DNA of 64,000 nt from Candidatus Woesearchaeota archaeon (GTDB taxonomy: Archaea > Nanobdellota > Nanobdellia > Woesearchaeales > UBA525): the NCBI GenBank assembly GCA_028818155.1, contig JAPPOH010000014.1, positions 75,042-139,041 of the forward strand. Direction: 5' to 3'. Of the stretch, positions 33,439 to 43,443 are shown piece by piece; positions within the stretch are counted from its first letter, which is position 1; each line of letters starts with the position of its first letter. The position numbers were made by a program, and so were the translations under genes. Under the pieces are notes generated by a model, which was not told the origin of the DNA, did not search any database, and saw only the letters and a list, made by a program, of their open reading frames with translations.

Positions 33439-35906
33439 TCAATTACCACCAAGAACTCGCCGTGCTTATGATCAAACCCTTCTGCGTTTGTCACAGCAAC
33501 CAAATCGTTCTCAGCGAGTCTGATATCATGCTTTGTAGTTACGGTCAGTTTCTTCACGGGAGCGCGCATGCTCAGTTGATTCGCAGATTTGAATTTCCGG
33601 ACTTCTTCAATAACGAGAACAATATCATGGCCGACCATCTCTGCATCATTGTCATGCCACTCCTCCCTGTAGGAGGGCCACGAACTCAGGTGAATACTCT
33701 TTGCTTTATTCTCGAACGGCAACATACCATAGATCTTCTCCGTGATGTATGGCATGAATGGCGCAAAGAGTTTCAACATCCCCTCAAGCACATGAGAAAG
33801 CACAAATTGTGCGGAAGATTTCTCAACATTATCCTTCGGCTCGTACAAACGACCCTTCACAATCTCTAGGTAATTATCACAAAAGTCCTTCCAGAAGAAC
33901 TGCTCCACTGCGAACTTCACCTTGCTATACTCATAGTTGTCAAATGCCGCAGCACATTCTTTGACTAACGTATTGTACTTACTCAACATCCACCGATCCA
34001 TGACCTCAAGTTCAGTAAACTCTGCGTTGAACCCTGTGTAATCCTCGAGGTTCATCACAACGAATTTACTCGCGTTCCAGAGTTTCGTGATCGTTTTCTT
34101 GCCCGTCACGAAATCTTTCTCTTGGAAGGGAAAATCCTCGCCCAGCTTTGCGCCGGCAGCCCAGAACCTGAGGGCGTCCGCACCATAGTTCTTGAGTACT
34201 TCTTGTGGGTGGACTGCATTGCCCTTTGACTTACTCAACTTTCTCCCATGTGGATCGAGTGTGAAGCCAGAGATTGCGACATCCTTCCATGGATTTTTCT
34301 TATGGTGGAGTTGACTCTTCACCATTGTGTTAAAGAGCCAGAACGTGATAATGTCATGCGCCTGTGGCCTGAGCGACATGGGGAATAATCTCTTGAAAAC
34401 TGGATGATCCTTATACAATTCTGTCGCGATCTGCGGCGTTAACGATGATGTCGCCCACGTGTCCAAGACATCATGTTCTGGCGTGAGCTCTTCCTTTTTG
34501 TAGCCTTTAGGAACGTCCCGTAAGGGATCAACTGGGAGCTCATCATCCGATGGGAGAATCACCTCACCCTTCTTGTCATACCAGACGGGGATAGGGACGC
34601 CGAAGTGTCGCTGCCTGCTTATGCACCAATCCCACTGGAGGCCTTTGATCCAGTTATCGAGACGGACTTGCATGTGTGCGGGATGCCAGTTGAGTTCGCT
34701 GCCGTTCTGTAGGAATTGTTCTTGTAGATCCATATAGGTGATGAACCATTGGTCTGTCGCGATGTACTCGATGTCAGTGCCGCATCGTTCGTGCACGTTC
34801 ACGAAGTGCTTGATCTTTTCTTTTTTCACTAAAGAACCATCATTTTCCAGCTGCTCAATGATTTTTTTCCGTGCTTCTGCAGAACGTAATCCTGCGCACG
34901 GTCCTGTTGTATAGCATCCTGTCTCATCCATGACGTCAACAGGCTGTGCGTCTGGGTGTCTGGCGAACCATTCAACACAATCTAAGCCGCCGTAGCTGCA
35001 ATAATAGACAATCCCCGTTCCATACTCCGTCTTGACAGACGTGTCGTGGGTGATCGCCACTGTTTGTGCGTAAGGGATTTCCACTTTTCTGCCAACAAGG
35101 TCTTTCCCTTTCAGTTCTCGTACGATTGTCATCGGAAATTCGTCTTGTAATTTTTCTACTGCGTCTTTCGCGAGAATCCATTGTTCTTCACCTCTATTAG
35201 CAACAACATACACGCCTGCTTCGTCAATTGAAAGACCCATGCACCCAGGGTGCAGTTCCGGACGTGTTGTTGCGTAAATGACATACTCGCCCGTCTCCAC
35301 TTGTGCTTTGATGTAGTTCAATGTGGATTTTTTCTCAACATCTTCCATCTCGACTTGTGCGATTGCCGTCTTACATGTTGGGCAGAAGATAATCGGTGAT
35401 TTTTTCCTCTTGATGCGGCCATCTTTGTACAAGTGCACGAATGATCGCTGGGAAATAGCCCGAGCGTGATCGCTGATGGTTGAATAAAACACGTTAAAGT
35501 CGGCGCTGATGCCGAGTTTCTTCCAGTCTGTCACGAAATCGTTCCGGTGTTCTTCTACGAATTGCAGGCAGAGTTGCACGAACTCCTCGCGTTCCATTTT
35601 TTTGCTGCTGACCTTCTTCTCTTTCTCAACTAAACGTTCAGTTGCGAGCCCATTGTCATCAACACCGAACGGGTAGAAGACGTTCTTGCCCTGCATCCGG
35701 TGATAGCGAGCGATGAAATCCGTCTGTGCGTACGAGAACGCGTGGCCGATGTGCATATTCCCTGAGAAAGTTGGTGGTGGCGTATCAATCGAGTAGATTT
35801 CAGCCTCATCTGCAGGATCAAACTCGTAGATCTTTGCGTCTTCCCACCACTGCTGGATCTTTGCTTCTTCCTCGATTGGATCGTATCTTGCTGGGAGCTC
35901 AGCCAT
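33435..35906 (-). CDS. valS: valyl-tRNA synthetase
   Basis: Class I aaRS: PPPTFSGNMHIGHA (HIGH), KLSKSKGN (KMSKS), TTRPEL editing motif, WDWCISRQ, VLDTWATSS. Size and N-terminus fit ValRS better than Ile/LeuRS. Confidence 0.75.
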   Translation of the reverse strand: MAELPARYDPIEEEAKIQQWWEDAKIYEFDPADEAEIYSIDTPPPTFSGNMHIGHAFSYAQTDFIARYHRMQGKNVFYPFGVDDNGLATERLVEKEKKVSSKKMEREEFVQLCLQFVEEHRNDFVTDWKKLGISADFNVFYSTISDHARAISQRSFVHLYKDGRIKRKKSPIIFCPTCKTAIAQVEMEDVEKKSTLNYIKAQVETGEYVIYATTRPELHPGCMGLSIDEAGVYVVANRGEEQWILAKDAVEKLQDEFPMTIVRELKGKDLVGRKVEIPYAQTVAITHDTSVKTEYGTGIVYYCSYGGLDCVEWFARHPDAQPVDVMDETGCYTTGPCAGLRSAEARKKIIEQLENDGSLVKKEKIKHFVNVHERCGTDIEYIATDQWFITYMDLQEQFLQNGSELNWHPAHMQVRLDNWIKGLQWDWCISRQRHFGVPIPVWYDKKGEVILPSDDELPVDPLRDVPKGYKKEELTPEHDVLDTWATSSLTPQIATELYKDHPVFKRLFPMSLRPQAHDIITFWLFNTMVKSQLHHKKNPWKDVAISGFTLDPHGRKLSKSKGNAVHPQEVLKNYGADALRFWAAGAKLGEDFPFQEKDFVTGKKTITKLWNASKFVVMNLEDYTGFNAEFTELEVMDRWMLSKYNTLVKECAAAFDNYEYSKVKFAVEQFFWKDFCDNYLEIVKGRLYEPKDNVEKSSAQFVLSHVLEGMLKLFAPFMPYITEKIYGMLPFENKAKSIHLSSWPSYREEWHDNDAEMVGHDIVLVIEEVRKFKSANQLSMRAPVKKLTVTTKHDIRLAENDLVAVTNAEGFDHKHGEFLVVIE

Positions 35907-35979
35907 AGCATCTCAGAGCTTGACGAGCCTTTTAAAGGTTACCGCATCTTTTTTATTTGTGCTCGTGCTCCGAACATCC

Positions 35980-36927
35980 ATGAAGCCTGTTTCCATCTGT
36001 ATTCCTGCGTACAACGAGGAGAGTGCAATAACAACGACTTTGCGCTCTGCGCTCAACCAAAAAAATATGGGTGAGATGGAAGTACTCGTGTGCGTCAACG
36101 GGTCAAACGATAGAACTGCGGAAAGAGTTGCCGCGCTCGCACGCAAGGAGTCCCGTGTGCGATTGCTCGAGGAAACCGAGGCAGGGAAACCAAATGCGTG
36201 GAACGTCCTGCGAAGAGAAGCAGCAAGCGATCGCATATTTTTCGGTGACGCCGACGTCTATTTTGAGCAAGGTGCGTTTGCAGCTCTTTCGTCGCGTCTT
36301 GATCGTGGCGATATCATAGCTGCTGGAGCAAATGTCATCCCATACAGAGGGGAATCGTTCGTGGCAAAGATGCTCACACCAGTTGAGCCTGTTGTGCAAG
36401 CCGATCCGCTCCAGATTTGTCTCATCGGACGGCTCTACTGCATGGAAAATACCCGTGTACAAGAGCGGCTTGAACACTACGGTATGCAACACATGCCGAA
36501 AGACCTTATACATGAAGACTTATGGCTGACAATGGTACTTGGAAGAACAAATTGGACGATCGACCCTGGAGCGCGTGTGCGATTCAGACAATATCGTCTC
36601 TCTGAGCATGCGAGGATCAGGCGAAGAGAGCAGAGTGCTGAGCGTCAGCTCCGAGATACATACGGACACATCCTCGCAGACTACCCAACTTTACTCGCTC
36701 CGCCAACAATCCCCCAAATCGGGAAACTAGAAGGTTGGCGAATCAAATTTGATCGTGCTGCTACCTTCGAAAACAAAGCGGCGCTCGTGCTCGGCCACCC
36801 GTTCCGCTACGCGCTTGATCAAGCTGTGGAAGTCGCAAGAAGGTATGGGGAACTGACGCCGCACAAGCAACCACAATGGGAATTTGCTGCGTCAACGAAA
36901 CAACCAATTCACGCTACCGCCCGCTAA
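35980..36927 (+). CDS. family-2 glycosyltransferase
   Basis: VSICIPAYNEE...LNQ N-terminus and a DAD motif (FFGDADV). ATG 35980 preferred over TTG 35920. Confidence 0.75.
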   Translation: MKPVSICIPAYNEESAITTTLRSALNQKNMGEMEVLVCVNGSNDRTAERVAALARKESRVRLLEETEAGKPNAWNVLRREAASDRIFFGDADVYFEQGAFAALSSRLDRGDIIAAGANVIPYRGESFVAKMLTPVEPVVQADPLQICLIGRLYCMENTRVQERLEHYGMQHMPKDLIHEDLWLTMVLGRTNWTIDPGARVRFRQYRLSEHARIRRREQSAERQLRDTYGHILADYPTLLAPPTIPQIGKLEGWRIKFDRAATFENKAALVLGHPFRYALDQAVEVARRYGELTPHKQPQWEFAASTKQPIHATAR

Positions 36928-37558
36928 TCCGCATGATCGCTTCGTGTGCTTTCACAAGACCTTCTTGCTTGACGAAAATGTGTATCGCTGGGGGAATCGT
37001 AAAGGCCATCTCGACATTCACGCCCTTGCCGCTGAGTTCGTTTGTCACGCGACTGAGAATGCCGCGCGTCTTCCAGCTCTCGTCCATCAACGTGATGATA
37101 AGTTCAACGACCGCTTCTTGCTGCTCAACGATACTCTCTGAAAAGAATTTCTCTGCGCGGTTCAGCGTTTCCATGCCAACAACGAGGAAAACATTATGCT
37201 TGTACTTTAGTAGTCTGAACTCCTCTGTCTTGATGAATTCGTCCTCCGCCATGAACCGAGAGAGGCACTGAAACGTGTGCTGTGTATTTTTCAGCGTGAG
37301 CGCTGCCACGTTTGTTTTTGTGCTGATAATTGCGTTGTTCAGTGCTGTTTGAATCTCCGCAAAACTATCTTTAATCGCGTCGTTCGCTTTGTATCGCCTG
37401 ACTGCAGAGATCACGCTGTCTAAACTGCCAGTGATGTCATGCTCATCTAAGAGGTACTGTGATAACGCAGAAACATTGATGATACCGCGTTCAAGGTCCT
37501 TCTTGATAGTAATGTCATTATCGAGAATTTCCCACACTTTTTTCGTGATACTTGGCAT
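36914..37558 (-). CDS. hypothetical protein with ACT-like C-terminal domain
   Basis: C-terminal VELIITLMDESWKTRGILSRVTNELSGKGVNVEM looks ACT-like. ATG 37558 has a TATA (CGTTTATAAATG) about 26 nt upstream. Confidence 0.4.
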   Translation of the reverse strand: MPSITKKVWEILDNDITIKKDLERGIINVSALSQYLLDEHDITGSLDSVISAVRRYKANDAIKDSFAEIQTALNNAIISTKTNVAALTLKNTQHTFQCLSRFMAEDEFIKTEEFRLLKYKHNVFLVVGMETLNRAEKFFSESIVEQQEAVVELIITLMDESWKTRGILSRVTNELSGKGVNVEMAFTIPPAIHIFVKQEGLVKAHEAIMRISGR

Positions 37559-37643
37559 ACTGACCAAGATCTGCCATTCATTTATAAACGTTATGTAATT
37601 TTGCCACAAAAGGCTTTAAAACTGCGCAGACCAAAGTACACAC

Positions 37644-37928
37644 ATGTTCTGGCTCTTCCGCTCCGGCAAGGCACTCATTCACGATGCCGCGGTTAAAGCA
37701 CATCACGCAGAAGTCGCATTCCGTGGCGTCAGTAAAGACCTGCACCGCATCTGCTACAGCCTCCAAGACGTGAACAACGCACTTCCTGAAGTGCCAAAGC
37801 AGCTCGGCAGGGATACGTACAAAACGATACGGAAGTTTGAGCGGTACTCGAAACTACTGAAGCGTCACACCGCGACACTCAAAAAACAGATTCTCGAGCT
37901 CGAGCGAGAAGCAAAAAAGCACACTTAA
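37644..37928 (+). CDS. small hypothetical protein with C-terminal coiled coil
   Basis: Well-spaced TATA (GCTTTAAAACTG) upstream of ATG 37644. No family recognised. Confidence 0.4.
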   Translation: MFWLFRSGKALIHDAAVKAHHAEVAFRGVSKDLHRICYSLQDVNNALPEVPKQLGRDTYKTIRKFERYSKLLKRHTATLKKQILELEREAKKHT

Positions 37929-37952
37929 AAATCCCACACAATTTCTCGCACT

Positions 37953-39065
37953 ATGCGCTTCTCCCACGCAGCAGATTGTCATATTGGCGGGCACAGAAAT
38001 CCAAAACTCAGAGCACTCACGGAGCAAGCGTTCAAACGATTCATCCAAGAAAGTATAGCAGCGAACGTGGATTTCATCGTCATCGCAGGCGATTTATTCA
38101 ATACCGCACTCCCCGGCATTAGCACCATCCAGTTCACAGTCCAACAGCTCAAACAGTGTAAAGATAGGAACATCCCTGTGTACGCCATTCCCGGAAGTCA
38201 TGATTACAGTCCATCTGGCAAGACCATGCTCGCAGTCCTCGAAGAAGCAGGACTTTTAGTAAATGTCTTCAAAGGAACAATCTCAGAGAAAACACTCACA
38301 CTCGAGTGGACAACAGACAAAACAGGGGTTAAACTCACCGGCATCCCAGGATTACGCGGCATGCTGGACACAAAATTATATGAGAACATCACGCTCACTC
38401 CCGAAACACAAAGTATTTTTCTCTTTCACACCGCAATCACAGAACTCACAGACATCCCCGGCAGCCAATCCATAGAAAAATTACCTGCGGGATGCACCTA
38501 CTACGCTGGCGGCCACGTCCACATCGTACAAGAAGCTGTCAAGCAAGACAAACATCTCGCATACCCCGGGCCACTCTTCCCAAATAGCTTCACAGAACTT
38601 GAAGAACTCAAACACGGTGGCTACTATCTCTACGAAGATGGCACACTCACACACAAAAAGATAGAACTGAAGCGTATCATTCCACTCACACTCACACTCC
38701 CAGCACAACTTCCACAACAAGACGTCTCAGATGCGATTGTTCTCCTCCGCATACAAGGAGAAGGCCATGTCGACATACGACCACTTCTCTTAGAGCTCGA
38801 ACAGCGAGGAGCATATGCGATCCTCTGCAACACCTCGAACGTTCACACAACAACATTCACACCAACAGAAATAGAAGAAGCGCATGACATTGAGGCTGCG
38901 CTCCTCGAAGAACACAAAGAACAACTGCAGCTCCAAGGAAGAAATGGGCAAGCGCTCGCGAAAACACTTCTCACAGTCCTTGCACGGGAGCAACAAGATG
39001 GTGAAAAAGTCTACGAATACAAAGAAGCGGTCGTCAAAGAAGCGCTCAACGCAATGGACGAATAA
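37953..39065 (+). CDS. Mre11/SbcD-family metallophosphoesterase nuclease
   Basis: Phosphoesterase motifs HAADCHIG, IAGDLFN, GSHD (variant of GNHD) and GGHVH. TATA lies 26 nt upstream. Confidence 0.7.
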   Translation: MRFSHAADCHIGGHRNPKLRALTEQAFKRFIQESIAANVDFIVIAGDLFNTALPGISTIQFTVQQLKQCKDRNIPVYAIPGSHDYSPSGKTMLAVLEEAGLLVNVFKGTISEKTLTLEWTTDKTGVKLTGIPGLRGMLDTKLYENITLTPETQSIFLFHTAITELTDIPGSQSIEKLPAGCTYYAGGHVHIVQEAVKQDKHLAYPGPLFPNSFTELEELKHGGYYLYEDGTLTHKKIELKRIIPLTLTLPAQLPQQDVSDAIVLLRIQGEGHVDIRPLLLELEQRGAYAILCNTSNVHTTTFTPTEIEEAHDIEAALLEEHKEQLQLQGRNGQALAKTLLTVLAREQQDGEKVYEYKEAVVKEALNAMDE

Positions 39066-39075
39066 ACATCGTACC

Positions 39076-41232
39076 ATGCTGATCATCGGGCTCTGTCTCA
39101 TCGGACTAGTCATCATCATGTCCGCGACAAAACTTGCGCTCGTCCTCCACCTCATTGCAGGGAATGATGTCGTCATACAGCTCAGAACAAGCGACGAAGC
39201 GCTGACACTCGAGCGAGGGACAACAGGAGACGTCACACTCACAGCAAGCGCAACAACGAACCCATTCTGCAAGGCACATTGCACTGCAACATTCGGCAAA
39301 AGCGGCACACCAAGCAGCACAGAACTCTTCACCCTCCGTCCAACAAGCCCGTTCCGCAACACGTACACGATTCCGAGCAGCGAACGAACAGGACAACAAT
39401 TCTACACCTTCAGCTTATCCTGTCAAAGTGTCCAGACCGCGCTCTGTCACACGAAAGGAATACCGACAGAGCGACACTTGCTCATCACTGTTGAAACAAC
39501 CCTCACAGAAGCTGAACAAGAACAAGAACGAGAGATGAAACAGCAGCTCGAAGCTGCGCACGAACAGCTACAACTGATCAACCCAGAATCACTGAGAGAA
39601 ACATACGAGACACTCACACAATACGTCATTCTTGAAGAGTTGTTCACCGCAGCAAGCACAGCACATGCAGAGCAGGCACAGCAACTCACACACCTCACGA
39701 ACGAATTCCATGAGCAACGCTATGCGACTGTGCCCACCATTGATGCACGAGCGTATCAGGCACTCCAGCTGAACACAACACTCGCCACGTACCATGAACT
39801 GCGAACGAAATTGCTCGCGATACGTGCGCAACTGGCAGACACGCCACCGCTTACCGCGAACGCACTCCTTGTTGTCACACCAGTCGTCACCGCATACAAC
39901 AACGCAGTGACTGTATTCAACACACGAACAACGCTCGCAGAAAAAGAAGCCGCAATCGACGCCATTCCAACGCTTTCGTATGGGGCAACACTCAGAAACG
40001 ACATTCTCACGTACGAACTACACCTCGACATGTTCAAAGATGCACTCTGCACGCTTGGCGAATGCTATCCTCGACCATCAAGTCATGATCGTGTCGCGCA
40101 AGATGTGTTTAACCTCACGTGCGAGTCATTCCCTGCAGGCAACACGACAGACGATGCGAGAACGCTCGTGCAGTATGTGACAAACATGTATCTCGAAACG
40201 CTCCCCGATGGTCAAAATACAGAACTGATCAAGGGAATACTGCTGCGCGCTCCAGCGAACAGCACGAACACAACGAAAGAAGCACTCTACGGCCTCACAC
40301 CTTCTTGCCCACTTAGAACCTATGACATGCAACTCGCAACACCCGCCCCTTCCATCAAGCACACACCGCCATCACACACTGCGGTGCAGCTCGCCGACCC
40401 CAGTCCACAGTGTTGCGCGCTCGGCGCGTGTAACCCATGTTGTACAAACTGCTCGCACGAAGTGATTGTTTTTCTCCACGGACACGCATTCAATAAAGAG
40501 ACATCTGCCGAATACAGCCTTGATGGATTCAACAAACTCCAGGCGCGCATGGAAGCAGACGGATACTTAAACGCAGGAGCTATATCCTTGTACACTGCAC
40601 TCGACACGCCTGCAAGCTCATGGGGACGAGCACCAGTGCCACTCACACTCCGTGCGAGCTACTATTTTGATCTCTTCAAAGAGCCGGAAAACTATATCAT
40701 CGTCCAAACAAAGAGCGAAAATATTGACACGTACGCGATCCGGCTCAAAGAACTCATTGATACTATCCACTACAAAACGGGCCGGCAGCGCGTGACGCTC
40801 ATCGCACACAGCATGGGGGGCCTCGTAGCGAGACGATACCTGCAAATTTTCGGAGAAGATGATGTGAAGCAACTCATCATGATCGGCACGCCGAACAACG
40901 GCATTGTAGGGAATATTGCTGAATACTGCCCATGGGTTGGCGAGCAACTTGAGTGCAGGGATATGCAGAAAGACAGTCTTTTCTTGAACAAACTGAACAG
41001 GGGAACAAGGCCAACCATACCAGTGCATGTCATCGCAGGTACTGGCTGCATGAGCAAGTTCGGTGTTGGAGATGGTGTTGTCTTACAAGAAAATGTGCTC
41101 CTTGACTGGGCCACGAACTATATTGTTCCAGGAACGTGCACCGATTTCAAGAAGCCACTCCACGTTGCATTACTTGACATTGACACACATCCTGAGGTGT
41201 ACACACACATTACGAACGCGATCGCTTCGTGA
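39076..41232 (+). CDS. membrane-anchored extracellular protein with C-terminal alpha/beta-hydrolase (lipase/PGAP1-like) domain
   Basis: N-terminal TM (LIIGLCLIGLVIIM). C-terminal LHGH...AHSMGGLVARRYL (GxSxG) and GDGVV. Start moved to ATG 39076, just after the Mre11 stop. Confidence 0.65.
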   Translation: MLIIGLCLIGLVIIMSATKLALVLHLIAGNDVVIQLRTSDEALTLERGTTGDVTLTASATTNPFCKAHCTATFGKSGTPSSTELFTLRPTSPFRNTYTIPSSERTGQQFYTFSLSCQSVQTALCHTKGIPTERHLLITVETTLTEAEQEQEREMKQQLEAAHEQLQLINPESLRETYETLTQYVILEELFTAASTAHAEQAQQLTHLTNEFHEQRYATVPTIDARAYQALQLNTTLATYHELRTKLLAIRAQLADTPPLTANALLVVTPVVTAYNNAVTVFNTRTTLAEKEAAIDAIPTLSYGATLRNDILTYELHLDMFKDALCTLGECYPRPSSHDRVAQDVFNLTCESFPAGNTTDDARTLVQYVTNMYLETLPDGQNTELIKGILLRAPANSTNTTKEALYGLTPSCPLRTYDMQLATPAPSIKHTPPSHTAVQLADPSPQCCALGACNPCCTNCSHEVIVFLHGHAFNKETSAEYSLDGFNKLQARMEADGYLNAGAISLYTALDTPASSWGRAPVPLTLRASYYFDLFKEPENYIIVQTKSENIDTYAIRLKELIDTIHYKTGRQRVTLIAHSMGGLVARRYLQIFGEDDVKQLIMIGTPNNGIVGNIAEYCPWVGEQLECRDMQKDSLFLNKLNRGTRPTIPVHVIAGTGCMSKFGVGDGVVLQENVLLDWATNYIVPGTCTDFKKPLHVALLDIDTHPEVYTHITNAIAS

Positions 41233-41782
41233 CGTGCGTGTGTAAGAGCTCGTTGTTTGGAAGAAACACCACATCACCCTTTGAGAGTTGTACATGCGTG
41301 TCCGTCGGCATGAGTTTTGTCACTGTGCCCTTTATGTTTCCTGTCGGATCGGCAACAGTGATCCTATCGCCTACGCTGATGCGCTTCCGAAGCTTGAGCC
41401 ACGCGAGAATATTCGGGATCGCCTCGATGCCTGTGAGAAGCACCGATACACAGATAATGAAAAGGAACAAGCCAAGTACAAACGCCACAACGATGCGGTC
41501 TGCGTGAATCTGTCTGAGTGCGAGCAGAATTGTCACAATGTAAATGAGATTCACGATCGTTGTTTTCGTTGCTCGCGCGTAATTTCTTCTGAATCCGATG
41601 AGTTTTGTCACCACGTTATCTAACTCTAATCTGAGAAATATTTTTCGGACGAGTCTGTCAACGATTCTCCCAACGATGAATCCTGCGAGGAGGATGACGA
41701 GCATAACGACAAGTGTGTTGACATAGTATTCGATCTGTGTGAAGAACGATTCTACTGAGTGGAGCATGAGGACAAGGTCCAT
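41210..41782 (-). CDS. small MscS-like mechanosensitive channel protein
   Basis: Three TM helices followed by VGDRITVADPTGNIKGTVTKLMPTDTHVQLSKGDVVFLPNNEL, an MscS beta-domain pattern. Confidence 0.55.
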   Translation of the reverse strand: MDLVLMLHSVESFFTQIEYYVNTLVVMLVILLAGFIVGRIVDRLVRKIFLRLELDNVVTKLIGFRRNYARATKTTIVNLIYIVTILLALRQIHADRIVVAFVLGLFLFIICVSVLLTGIEAIPNILAWLKLRKRISVGDRITVADPTGNIKGTVTKLMPTDTHVQLSKGDVVFLPNNELLHTHVTKRSRS

Positions 41783-41865
41783 GGTTGTACGACTGAAAAA
41801 TGCTATAAAAAGTTAACCTTTATCATAGCGATTGTGCACAGAAGATCACAGTACAAACGCTTGCC

Positions 41866-43443
41866 TCACCTCGTGAGTTCGAGCAGTGTACTTGCGCTCC
41901 ATGCTTGCGCCCAGCACCCACATGGTTCTTGCTGTGCAGCACTTGAAATCTCACTGCAGTGGCCAACGAAACCGAGATGCATATCTTGTTTGCTGGCTTG
42001 TATGATTGCAGTAATGTACTTCTTGAATCGCTTCGCATCAACTTTCTTCATTGCGATTGCTGCAATGTTATTAACAAAATACCACGAGTCGCCTCTGTGA
42101 TATGATGCGACATCCTCACCAGTGTACCATGCGTGAAACCTATCGTCATCTTTACTGATACTAGCAAGGCCACCCCATGGCAACCAGAGATCTGCGAGTG
42201 CAGATGCGAAGAATGTGCTCCACTGTTTTTTAGTAAAAAGTCCAGGGCACGCGTACCACGCGAGAAAAATATTTGGTCTCGTTGTCTGATCGGGCGTGCC
42301 GTCATCATGAATACAGTCGAGGAGCTTCTCTCCTTGTACAAATCTACTTACGTCAAGTGTGTGTTCCATTGGCTGTGTGTTGGTGAGTGCGCACATGAGT
42401 GCGTATGCGTCCGCAAGTGTTGTGTAGAGCGCTTGGATCTCGATGCATGCACCTTTCCTGCCTGTATCGTTGGATGCTGTGTCCATCCATGTTTCGTTTC
42501 TGTCGTTCCACACCAAGTTATCGCGCACTGGTGCGTTGTCGAGTAGTGCCTTTGCGTGCTCTCGCCACACAGGGAGTTGTTCCGGAAGTGGCTGCTCTTT
42601 TTTTAAGAGTGCGCGGATGAGATCGATTGTTCTCTTCCCAAGCCAGCCCGGTGCATCAATGCTCGTGAGACCTGCAGCAGGGTAGATTGCAGGGAGTTTC
42701 CCATCCTGTACTGCGTTGTACCACTTGTCAAGCATTTGGGTGACGAACGCATGGTCTTTTGCATGCAAGAAACCGCCGAGTGCGATGAGTTCATCTCTGC
42801 TCCATTCCTGGTGGAACCATGGGAGGCCTGCGAGAATGCCCGTTTCTGTTCTCAGTGCGCAGAGTGCCGTCCATGCTGGTGAACCAGTGCATGTTCTTTG
42901 GAGTCCTGTCGTGAGGTGCGCTCGCGCACTGTTTTCTGACGTGCCAACAGCGAAGCGGAACTCTCCTTCTCCTTTGAGTGTGAGTGCTTCGTATACCCAT
43001 GTGTTACTTGCACTTCCCCGCTTGTCATCGTATGCATAGTTCGTTTTTGTCCACGTACCTGTTGTTGTTACAGCAAGTGATGTGGCGAGAATCATATACA
43101 ACTCTTTGAATCGGATATGTGTTTCGTTTCCTTGTGTGCTGATATCATATACTCTGTCTTCGTCCGTTTCATCGTAGAGTTGTTTGCAATCAAGTGTCAG
43201 AGTAAAGGAGCCGTTGAGTGTTGCGTGGAGACACTCACTCACCGAGAATGTTTGTGTACTACCATCTGCGAATGTTCTGCTGTTTTTTGTCGTGTGCGTG
43301 CATGCTGCGCCAGATGTTGGAAGGATGTTCCAGAGTGTTTTCCAGTACGTGTCTGTTTTCACGAAGTATCCGTTGTAGTTTGAACTATTTGGGGCGCCGA
43401 GTGCAAGAAATTCACCGTTGTTTGTGAGTAAGAGATGAGTCAT
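41866..43443 (-). CDS. glycogen debranching enzyme (amylo-alpha-1,6-glucosidase, GDE_C-type)
   Basis: Six-hairpin glycosidase-like C-terminal region with YHRGDSWYF and CWAQAWSAS motifs. Last gene of the glycogen operon. Confidence 0.7.
   Translation of the reverse strand: MTHLLLTNNGEFLALGAPNSSNYNGYFVKTDTYWKTLWNILPTSGAACTHTTKNSRTFADGSTQTFSVSECLHATLNGSFTLTLDCKQLYDETDEDRVYDISTQGNETHIRFKELYMILATSLAVTTTGTWTKTNYAYDDKRGSASNTWVYEALTLKGEGEFRFAVGTSENSARAHLTTGLQRTCTGSPAWTALCALRTETGILAGLPWFHQEWSRDELIALGGFLHAKDHAFVTQMLDKWYNAVQDGKLPAIYPAAGLTSIDAPGWLGKRTIDLIRALLKKEQPLPEQLPVWREHAKALLDNAPVRDNLVWNDRNETWMDTASNDTGRKGACIEIQALYTTLADAYALMCALTNTQPMEHTLDVSRFVQGEKLLDCIHDDGTPDQTTRPNIFLAWYACPGLFTKKQWSTFFASALADLWLPWGGLASISKDDDRFHAWYTGEDVASYHRGDSWYFVNNIAAIAMKKVDAKRFKKYITAIIQASKQDMHLGFVGHCSEISSAAQQEPCGCWAQAWSASTLLELTR

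Noticed and set aside
38884-39075. The N-terminal extension of the 782-aa track ORF overlapping the Mre11-like gene by 180 nt.
   Set aside because: The extension is K/S/T low complexity in an alternative frame of a well-supported gene. ATG 39076 lies right after the Mre11 stop and immediately precedes the TM helix.
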